Assembly (NCBI GenBank): GCA_963611355.1
Contig: CAVDRM010000003.1
Span: forward strand, 16,020-80,019
Reading direction: 5' to 3'
DNA length: 64,000 bases
Origin: Anaerovibrio sp.
GTDB lineage: Bacteria; Bacillota; Clostridia; Christensenellales; Aristaeellaceae
Shown: in pieces, positions 45,958-52,977 of the stretch
How the letters are laid out: each line of letters opens with the position of its first letter
How positions within the stretch are numbered: the first letter of the stretch is position 1
Made by a program: the position numbers and the translations under genes
Notes under the pieces: generated by a model
Seen by the model: only the letters and a program-made list of their open reading frames with translations
The model's database searches: none
What the model was told of the DNA's origin: nothing

Positions 45958-46001
45958 AAAAATCCCCTTGCGGTGCCGAATATCCGCGAGGGGATTTTTT
46001 T
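45958..46001 (+). terminator. Rho-independent terminator of the NifU-like/GGGtGRT operon
   Basis: aaaatcccct...aggggatt followed by ttttttt. Confidence 0.65.
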
Positions 46002-46120
46002 ACCGTGAAGGATGCCGGACTGCGCCGAACGTATTGTCAGCAGCGGCACGGCGTGATACAATACAAGCGGTATTCCGTGATTTTGTCCGCAGGGCGGACG
46101 CGATGCTTTGGAGGGATTGT

Positions 46121-46948
46121 ATGAGCATTTTTCAGGCTGCGCTGCTGGGCATTGTGCAGGGACTGGCGGAATTTCTGCCCATTTCCTCCAGCGGGCATCT
46201 GATGCTGCTGGAGCAGGTCCTGTCCATGCAGATTGATGAAAACGCGCTGATGCTGGTGACGGTGCTGCTGCATGTGGGCACGCTCTTCGCCGTGGCGGTC
46301 GTTTTCTGGAGCGACTGGATGGACATCCTCAGAAATCTGTTTCATTCCAAGACGCTGCTTCTTTTAATCATCGCCTCCATGCCCGCGCTGGCCGTGAAGC
46401 TCGTCTTGGGTGATTTGTTTGACCGCTTAAACGCGGGCGGGCTGCTGGGCGTGTTTTTCATCGTCACGGCGGCGCTCTTGTGGCTGGCGGAGCGCATGAG
46501 CGCGCAGGGCCGCCATGCGCCGAAGGAGGGCGTGGTCAATTATCAGCACGCTTTGGTGATGGGCGGATGTCAGGCCGTCGGAATGCTGACCGGCATCAGC
46601 CGCAGCGGTTCGACCATCCTGGGCGGCGTGGCGACGGGGCTGCCGCGTTATACGGCGGCAAAATTCAGCTTTCTGATGAGCGCTCCCGCCATTCTGGGCG
46701 GACTTCTGGTCGAGGGGCACGATGCGGTGAAGGCGGGCGCGATGAGCTATCTTAGCGACAATATCCTGCCCATCGCGGTGGGCGTTGTATGTGCGGGCGT
46801 GTGCGGGTATCTCGCCATCCGTTATATGCTGAAGCTCATCAACCGCATTTCCTTTAACTGGTTTTCGCTGTATATGCTTTTGCTCGGCATTGCCACGCTG
46901 ATTATGCAGATTATGGGCGTCGGTTCGCTGCGGCCCGTGGGGATGTAA
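46121..46948 (+). CDS. uppP: Undecaprenyl-diphosphate phosphatase
   Basis: MSIFQAALLGIVQGLAEFLPISSSGHLMLL... is the BacA/UppP signature. The longer ORF-track version (from 45683) is rejected. Confidence 0.9.
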   Translation: MSIFQAALLGIVQGLAEFLPISSSGHLMLLEQVLSMQIDENALMLVTVLLHVGTLFAVAVVFWSDWMDILRNLFHSKTLLLLIIASMPALAVKLVLGDLFDRLNAGGLLGVFFIVTAALLWLAERMSAQGRHAPKEGVVNYQHALVMGGCQAVGMLTGISRSGSTILGGVATGLPRYTAAKFSFLMSAPAILGGLLVEGHDAVKAGAMSYLSDNILPIAVGVVCAGVCGYLAIRYMLKLINRISFNWFSLYMLLLGIATLIMQIMGVGSLRPVGM

Positions 46949-46950
46949 GC

Positions 46951-47178
46951 ATGGAGCGGAAGAAGGAAAAACCGTCCCGCGCCGTGCCGCCCGTTTCACA
47001 GGAAACGGTGGATGCGCTGAGCCGGACGCGGACGATGGAAGAGTTTCTGTCAGTCGCGCAGGCGCATCGGGTGGACTGGAACGCCATGCCGGATGAATGG
47101 CTGGACGCGGTGGCGCAGGGCGATGTCACCGATTTGATTTTTCGGCTGAAGCATAAGCCGAAAGGCGGTCAGAAATAG
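46951..47178 (+). CDS. Small hypothetical protein (75 aa)
   Basis: The ATG lies 2 nt after the uppP stop, and the ORF ends 23 nt before cotH. TMEEFLSVAQAHRVDWNAMPDEWLDAVAQGD resembles Nif11/bacteriocin-leader-like helices. Coding status is unproven. Confidence 0.4.
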   Translation: MERKKEKPSRAVPPVSQETVDALSRTRTMEEFLSVAQAHRVDWNAMPDEWLDAVAQGDVTDLIFRLKHKPKGGQK

Positions 47179-47201
47179 TCTTTTCAGAGTGTGAGAATAT
47201 C

Positions 47202-48884
47202 ATGAGGCGTTTGGGGTTGCTTGATTGGTTTTTGCTGATACTCTTGCTGATTCTGCCCCTGTCTGCTCACGCAGCCGGCAAGCTGGCGGGCTTTTATGTA
47301 TCTTCTCAAGAAGCAGCTGAAGCAGGGAAGCTTCCTGCGGATGCCGTTGCCTGGTACAAAACAGGCTTCAAATACTATCTTTTCCTGTCCGGAGCGGCCG
47401 ATGCAGACCAAATGCGCGTGTACTTTACGGGCGTTTCGGACATCACGCTGGACGGGCAAAGCCTTTCAAACGGCGATGCTTTTTCCTTCACGCCCGATAC
47501 GACCGTCAAGCTGCGGGCGGCCGGCAAGGTATACACCATCGAAGTCATGCAGGGCGCACAGATTCCCGCGCTGTATATTCAAACCGAATCCGGCTCGCTC
47601 AAAACCATTGAGGCGTCCAAGGCAAACAAAGAAAAGGGCGAACTGCTGGCCGTCGATGAAAACGGGAATACGGTGTATGACGGGGCGCTGGCGCACATCA
47701 AAATCCGCGGCAATATGTCCACCCGCTTCAGCAAGAAAAGCTATACCGTCAAATTGGAAAAAAGCACGAATATGTTCGGCTTCGGCAAGGCGAAAAAATG
47801 GGTGCTTATCGGCAATGCCCGTGACAAGTCCCTCCTGCGCAACCAAATCACATACAGCATGGCGCGGTATGTCGGCCTTCCCTGCACGCCGGACTGCAGG
47901 CAGGTTGACCTTTACATAAACCGAGAGTACCGCGGAACCTATCTGTTTTCGGACAAGGTGCAGATTTCCAAGGCGAACATCGATATTTTTGACTTGGAAG
48001 AAGCCACGGAGGAGCTGAACGAACAGGCGCTGTCCGCTTATTCCGCTGTCGGGCCGGGGCTTCCCACCATCGGGCAATATAAGGCATATGCCATTCCGAA
48101 CATCCCCGATGACATCACGGGCGGCTATCTGGTGGAATATGAAAGCTATTCCTCCCGCTACAAGGAAGAGCTGTGCGCCTATTATACGACGCAAAAGAAG
48201 GTCATTGTGGTCAAAGACCCCGACATCGTGTCCGCCGAGCAGGCGGAATATATCTTCGGCTTCATGCAGGGCTTTGAAAACGCCATCTTTGCGGATAACG
48301 GCATCGACCCCTATACGGGCAAACATTACAGCGACTATGTGGATATGGATTCGCTGGTCAAGAAATTCATGATTGAGGAAGTCAGCAAGAATTATGACGG
48401 CAATTCCTCCAGCCAGTATTTCTTTAAGCCTGCCGACAGCGTGAGCGAAAAGGCGTTCTGCGGTCCCGTCTGGGACTATGACTCCGCCTACGGCAGCTAC
48501 GGAAAATCCGAAAACGCCGCCGTGCTGTCCCCGAAGGGGCTTCAGCAGACAAAGGCTTCCGGCAACACCTATTGGTGGCCGAGGCTGTATCAAAAAGCCG
48601 ATTTCCGCGCCGCCGTCTCCGATGCGTGGGACAATGCGTTCGCGCCTGCCATTCGGATATTGCTGGGACAGGAAACGGACGAGAGCGGCACGCTCTTATC
48701 CATCGGGCAATATGCCGCACAGCTTCGCGCCAGCGCGGATATGAACTTCATCCGCTGGCCGATGAAGCAGGGCAGCGCCAATTTTGCCAGCACAGGCAAG
48801 ACCTACGATGCCAATATCGCCTTCCTGACGAACTTCATCGCCAAGCGATATGCGTTTTTGCAAAACGAGTGGGGAAAGCAATAA
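47202..48884 (+). CDS. CotH kinase family protein, secreted
   Basis: Signal peptide MRRLGLLDWFLLILLLILPLSAHA. CotH-like core (...KKSYTVKLEK...KKWVLIGNARDKSLLRNQITYSMARYVGLP...VDLYINREYRGTYLFSDKV...). Confidence 0.85.
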   Translation: MRRLGLLDWFLLILLLILPLSAHAAGKLAGFYVSSQEAAEAGKLPADAVAWYKTGFKYYLFLSGAADADQMRVYFTGVSDITLDGQSLSNGDAFSFTPDTTVKLRAAGKVYTIEVMQGAQIPALYIQTESGSLKTIEASKANKEKGELLAVDENGNTVYDGALAHIKIRGNMSTRFSKKSYTVKLEKSTNMFGFGKAKKWVLIGNARDKSLLRNQITYSMARYVGLPCTPDCRQVDLYINREYRGTYLFSDKVQISKANIDIFDLEEATEELNEQALSAYSAVGPGLPTIGQYKAYAIPNIPDDITGGYLVEYESYSSRYKEELCAYYTTQKKVIVVKDPDIVSAEQAEYIFGFMQGFENAIFADNGIDPYTGKHYSDYVDMDSLVKKFMIEEVSKNYDGNSSSQYFFKPADSVSEKAFCGPVWDYDSAYGSYGKSENAAVLSPKGLQQTKASGNTYWWPRLYQKADFRAAVSDAWDNAFAPAIRILLGQETDESGTLLSIGQYAAQLRASADMNFIRWPMKQGSANFASTGKTYDANIAFLTNFIAKRYAFLQNEWGKQ

Positions 48885-48946
48885 GCGGCAGGCGGTGCAA
48901 TCGAAATGTCTGCTTCTCATCCCGTTGTTCTTTTCGTGTATTTCAA

Positions 48947-48976
48947 TTGACAGGGCATAGCGCGCCGTCGTATAAT
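48947..48976 (+). promoter_or_regulatory. Consensus promoter (TTGACA-18 nt-TATAAT) upstream of the ABC-transporter leader
   Basis: ttgaca at 48947-48952 and tataat at 48971-48976. Confidence 0.55.
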
Positions 48977-49008
48977 CACCCCATCAACTTTGGAAGGGAG
49001 TGTCTTTC

Positions 49009-49146
49009 ATGACCATGCGTATGACGCGCAGCCGGATTTGCCTGACCTCCCTGTGTGCTTCTGTGCTTCAGGCGGCGCGTTATTATTTTAGCGCGTCGTT
49101 TTTTTACTTTGATGCGTATGACTACCGCAGCCAAAGCCCTGCCTGA
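49009..49146 (+). CDS. Candidate 45-aa leader ORF rich in Tyr/Phe
   Basis: It is below the ORF-track size cut-off. My own translation is MTMRMTRSRICLTSLCASVLQAARYYFSASFFYFDAYDYRSQSPA*. RBS-like ggaagggag lies 8 nt upstream. Nine of 15 consecutive residues are Y or F. Confidence 0.35.
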   Translation: MTMRMTRSRICLTSLCASVLQAARYYFSASFFYFDAYDYRSQSPA

Positions 49147-49187
49147 AATGAAGCAAGCTCAAGCTGATGTTTTCCGTCAGTTCAAAC

Positions 49188-49221
49188 AAGCGGCTCCTTT
49201 CAAGCAGGAAGCCGCTTTTTT
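49188..49221 (+). terminator. Rho-independent terminator inside the ABC-transporter leader
   Basis: aagcggctcc-tttcaagca-gg(a)agccgctt followed by tttt(ga). It ends about 20 nt before the RBS gaggagg of the binding-protein gene. Confidence 0.6.
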
Positions 49222-49256
49222 GATACATCATTTTTATTTTTGAGGAGGAAATTACG

Positions 49257-50213
49257 ATGAAGAAGCTGATTCTGTCGGTTCTGTGCCTGATGCTCTGTTT
49301 GGCCGCCGCTGTTTATCCCGCCGCTGCGGAAGAAAAGACTTATAAAGTCGGCGTGTGCCAGCTTGTGCAGCACACCGCGCTGGACGCCGCAACGCAGGGC
49401 TTCGTGGATACGCTTGAAGGTCTGCTGGGCGACAAGGTGAGCATTGAGGTGCAGAACGCCTCCGGCGACTCCGCCACCTGCATCACCATCGTCAATAACC
49501 TGCTGGCCAAGGATGTTGACCTGATTATGGCCAACGCCACCGCCGCTTTGCAGGCCGCTTCCGCCGCGACCGGCGACGTGCCGATTTTGGGCACATCCGT
49601 GACCGACTACGCCACCGCGCTGGACATCAGCGATTGGACGGGCACGACCGGCTTCAACGTCTCCGGCACGTCCGACCTGGCTCCGCTGGACGGGCAGGCG
49701 AAAATCGTGAAGGAGCTGTTCCCGGATGCCAAGACAATCGGCCTCTTCTACTGCTCCGCCGAGGCCAATTCCGCCTACCAAATCAACGTCATCAAGGGCT
49801 ATCTGACGGATATGGGCTATGAGTGCAGGGAATTTGCTTTCACGGACAGCAATGACGTCTCCTCCGTCGCCGAGAGCGCCTGCGCCTCCTGCGATGTGCT
49901 GTACATTCCCACCGACAACACCGCCGCCTCCTGCACCGAGGCCATCCGCAATGTGATTGAAGTCGCCAAAACCCCCGTTGTCGCCGGCGAGGAAGGCATC
50001 TGCAGCGGCTGCGGCGTGGCGACCCTGTCCATCAGCTACTATGACATCGGCGTGGAAACCGGCAAGATGGCGTATGAGATTCTCGTGAACGGCGCGGATG
50101 TCAGCACCATGCCCGTGGCCTTTGCCCCCGCCTTCACCAAGGAATACAACAAAGAGCTGTGCGAGCTGCTCGGCATCACCGTTCCCGATGATTACAAGGC
50201 AATCGGAGAATAA
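49257..50213 (+). CDS. ABC transporter substrate-binding protein (ABC_sub_bind / COG2984 family)
   Basis: Signal peptide MKKLILSVLCLMLCLAAAVYPAAA, then ...YKVGVCQLVQHTALDAATQGFVDTL... Confidence 0.85.
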   Translation: MKKLILSVLCLMLCLAAAVYPAAAEEKTYKVGVCQLVQHTALDAATQGFVDTLEGLLGDKVSIEVQNASGDSATCITIVNNLLAKDVDLIMANATAALQAASAATGDVPILGTSVTDYATALDISDWTGTTGFNVSGTSDLAPLDGQAKIVKELFPDAKTIGLFYCSAEANSAYQINVIKGYLTDMGYECREFAFTDSNDVSSVAESACASCDVLYIPTDNTAASCTEAIRNVIEVAKTPVVAGEEGICSGCGVATLSISYYDIGVETGKMAYEILVNGADVSTMPVAFAPAFTKEYNKELCELLGITVPDDYKAIGE

Positions 50214-50298
50214 TCATTGAATCATGCGGCGGGAGGAGGCTTGACGCCTTTCTCCCGCTATCGTGCGCATGAACAAAATCAACTTGGAGGAACATGAC

Positions 50299-51213
50299 AT
50301 GGACGTATCGCAGCTGCTGAACGGTATGCCCGGCGCCGTCGCGCAGGGGCTGATTTGGGGCATCATGGCCATCGGGGTTTTCCTGACGTACAAGGTGCTG
50401 GACTTGGCCGACCTCACCGTGGACGGCAGCATGGCAACGGGCGGCGCTGTCTGCGTGATGCTCATGCTGAACGGCGCACCGCTGTGGCTGGCGATGGTCT
50501 GTGCCGTGCTGTGCGGCGCATTGACCGGCCTGGCGACCGGCGTTTTTCACACGGCGATGGGCATTCCCGCCATCCTGTCGGGCATTTTGACGCAGCTTTC
50601 GCTGTACTCCATTAACCTATGGATTATGGAGTTCAAGTCCAACCGCGGCATCAGCGTGACCAAGTACGATTTGCTGGTGAGCGCCCGCCATGTGAAGGAA
50701 TTGTCCCTGCGCAACCCGATTTTTGTAACCCTCATCATTTTAGCCGTGCTGATTGCCGTTCTGTACTGGTTTTTCGGAACGGAAAAGGGCTGCGCACTCC
50801 GCGCAACGGGCGCGAACGAGGCTATGGCGCGGGCGCAGGGCATCAACACCGGCAGCGCCAAGGTGCTGGGGCTGATGATTTCCAATGCCATCGTCGCCCT
50901 CGCCTCCGCGCTGTTTTCACAGTATCAGGGTTCTGTGGATGTCAACATGGGACGCGGCGCCATCGTCATCGGTCTGGCGGCGGTCATCATCAGCGAGGTC
51001 GTCTTCGGTAAGCTGTTCCGCAACTTTGCCTTAAAGCTCATCGGTGTGGCGCTGGGCGCGGTCATTTATTATATCGTGCTGCAAATCGTCCTGTGGCTGG
51101 GGCTTAACACGAATCTGCTGAAGCTCCTGTCCGCATTGGTCGTTGCGCTGTTCCTGGCTGTCCCGTTCTGGAAGGAAAAATTGGGCGGAAAGGCAGGCAA
51201 AACACATGCTTGA
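50299..51213 (+). CDS. ABC transporter permease (COG4120 type)
   Basis: A polytopic membrane protein. RBS ggagga lies before the ATG at 50299 (MDVSQLLNGMPGAV...). Confidence 0.85.
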   Translation: MDVSQLLNGMPGAVAQGLIWGIMAIGVFLTYKVLDLADLTVDGSMATGGAVCVMLMLNGAPLWLAMVCAVLCGALTGLATGVFHTAMGIPAILSGILTQLSLYSINLWIMEFKSNRGISVTKYDLLVSARHVKELSLRNPIFVTLIILAVLIAVLYWFFGTEKGCALRATGANEAMARAQGINTGSAKVLGLMISNAIVALASALFSQYQGSVDVNMGRGAIVIGLAAVIISEVVFGKLFRNFALKLIGVALGAVIYYIVLQIVLWLGLNTNLLKLLSALVVALFLAVPFWKEKLGGKAGKTHA

Positions 51214-52000
51214 ATTAGTTCATGTCTCGAAAACATTCCATCCGCACACGGTCAATGCGCGTGTTGCACTGAATAACCTGTCCATGACGCTGAAGGACGG
51301 CGAATTTGTCACCGTCATCGGCGGCAACGGCGCGGGCAAATCCACGGTGATGAACGCCGTGGCGGGCGTCTGGCCGATTGATTCCGGCAAAATCATGCTG
51401 GACGGCCACGACCTGACCAACCTGCCGGAGCATAAGCGCGCCGGATTTTTAGGCCGCGTGTTCCAAGACCCCATGACCGGCACGGCAGGGTCGATGCAGA
51501 TTGAGGAGAACATGGCGCTGGCGGCGCGGCGCGGGGAAAAGCGCACGCTTCGCATCGGCATCACCGCCAAGGAGCGCGAGGAATACCGCGAGCGCCTGCG
51601 CGAGCTGGGGCTGGGGCTGGAGGAGCGCATGACCTCCAAAGTCGGCCTTCTGTCCGGCGGCCAAAGGCAGGCGCTGACGCTCCTGATGGCAACGCTGAAA
51701 AAGCCGAAGCTCCTCCTGCTGGACGAGCATACCGCAGCCCTTGACCCGCGCACGGCGGAAAAGGTGCTGCATCTGTCCGATAAGCTCATCCGTGAAAACG
51801 GGCTCACCACCATGATGGTCACGCACAATATGCGCGACGCCATTGCTTACGGCAGCCGTCTCATCATGCTCAATGAGGGCAAAATCGTCTTGGATATCAG
51901 CGGCGAAGAAAAAAAGCATCTCACCGTGCCGATGCTGCTGGAAAAATTCGCCGAAACCGGCGGGGAGGCCTTGGCCAGCGACCGGATGCTTTTGGCATAA
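51206..52000 (+). CDS. ABC transporter ATP-binding protein (COG1101 type)
   Basis: The start overlaps the permease stop. Walker A GGNGAGKST, signature LSGGQRQ, Walker B LLLLDEHTAALD. Confidence 0.9.
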   Translation: MLELVHVSKTFHPHTVNARVALNNLSMTLKDGEFVTVIGGNGAGKSTVMNAVAGVWPIDSGKIMLDGHDLTNLPEHKRAGFLGRVFQDPMTGTAGSMQIEENMALAARRGEKRTLRIGITAKEREEYRERLRELGLGLEERMTSKVGLLSGGQRQALTLLMATLKKPKLLLLDEHTAALDPRTAEKVLHLSDKLIRENGLTTMMVTHNMRDAIAYGSRLIMLNEGKIVLDISGEEKKHLTVPMLLEKFAETGGEALASDRMLLA

Positions 52001-52027
52001 ATGGTGCTTTTCCCGATAAAATAAATA

Positions 52028-52056
52028 TTGAATTTTTCTTCGCTTTATGGGATAAT
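52028..52056 (+). promoter_or_regulatory. Candidate promoter (TTGAAT-17 nt-GATAAT)
   Basis: ttgaat at 52028-52033 and gataat at 52051-52056. It is followed by a leader of about 100 nt with three hairpins. Confidence 0.4.
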
Positions 52057-52164
52057 TTCCGCGGTCAGGTTCGTTCTATGAACGAGGCATGACCGCTTCG
52101 GAAGACAGATATGCAAACTTTCCGAAGAAAAAAGGCAATTTGCCTGACAAGGAGGAAACATTCC

Positions 52165-52719
52165 ATGAAAAAGCTGCTTTCTGTGATTCTTGCGCTGATG
52201 ATGCTGCTGACCGCCGTTTCCGCGCTGGCTGATACCGTGGAAACCGCCAACGAGGACGGCACAGTGACCATGACCACCGATGAGGGCGTGACCTTCACCT
52301 ACAGTAAGGAAGACTTTGAAGTCAACATTGACGAGAACGGCCGCATCGACGGCAAGTATCTTGAAGAGACCCCCGAAGCCGTCGGCTTCACCATCGAAGT
52401 CCTGAAGGGCACCGATGCGGAAACCTATATGACGGAACTCGCAGCCTCCTACGGCACGGAAGTGACCGGCGGCGCCGCCTTTGACGAGGATGAGACGGTC
52501 GAATGGCTCAGCACGGAGTATGCCGATGTGGGCGAGACCTACACCGCCACAATCACCGTTTATGCCCGCGGCTTTGAGGGCGGCTGCTATGTGGTGACGG
52601 TTTACAACTACTACGAGAACGATTTGGGCGCCGATGCCGAAGCCTCCGATGAAGATGAAGAGCTTGGCAGCTTCGTGGTGCTGGAAAAGCTGCTGGACAG
52701 CCTGAGCTTCGCCAAGTAA
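52165..52719 (+). CDS. Small secreted acidic protein, unknown function
   Basis: RBS aaggagg. Signal peptide MKKLLSVILALMMLLTAVSALA|D. The mature part is strongly acidic (D/E/T-rich). Confidence 0.6.
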   Translation: MKKLLSVILALMMLLTAVSALADTVETANEDGTVTMTTDEGVTFTYSKEDFEVNIDENGRIDGKYLEETPEAVGFTIEVLKGTDAETYMTELAASYGTEVTGGAAFDEDETVEWLSTEYADVGETYTATITVYARGFEGGCYVVTVYNYYENDLGADAEASDEDEELGSFVVLEKLLDSLSFAK

Positions 52720-52799
52720 TCGATACGGAAACATCCCCTATCGGGTAAAACGCAAAAATTCGATTGACGAGCAATCAATCGAAATCAAGACCATTGAAA

Positions 52800-52832
52800 A
52801 AGGTCGAAGGGCTTCTGTCCTTCGGCCTTTTG
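52800..52832 (+). terminator. Rho-independent terminator
   Basis: aaggtcgaagg-gcttctgt-ccttcggcctt followed by tttt. Confidence 0.6.
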
Positions 52833-52905
52833 CATGGAAAGAAGCGAAGGCAACACCGATTCCGTGCTTTTGAACTCGTTGCCGCCGACCATCCCGAATA
52901 TACCA

Positions 52906-52934
52906 TTGCGTCACGGCGACATTTTTGCTATAAT
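52906..52934 (+). promoter_or_regulatory. Candidate glgP promoter (TTGCGT-17 nt-TATAAT, TGn-extended)
   Basis: ttgcgt at 52906-52911 and tgctataat at 52926-52934. Confidence 0.5.
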
Positions 52935-52977
52935 TACATCTTGTGCAGTGATTTTTCAGCATTTGAGGAGGGATTTT

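Noticed and set aside
45683-46948. A 421-aa ORF that would extend uppP upstream by 146 codons.
   Set aside because: The extension overlaps the GGGtGRT gene end and its terminator. The UppP homology begins at MSIFQAALLG (46121), which has an RBS.
48983-49256. A possible T-box riboswitch in the ABC transporter leader (the segment gactaccgcag vaguely resembles GGUGGUACCGCG).
   Set aside because: There are no stem I features (AG bulge, GNRA/distal loop, specifier loop). The T-box-like match is only 6 contiguous nt and lies about 70 nt from the terminator, not within an antiterminator bulge.
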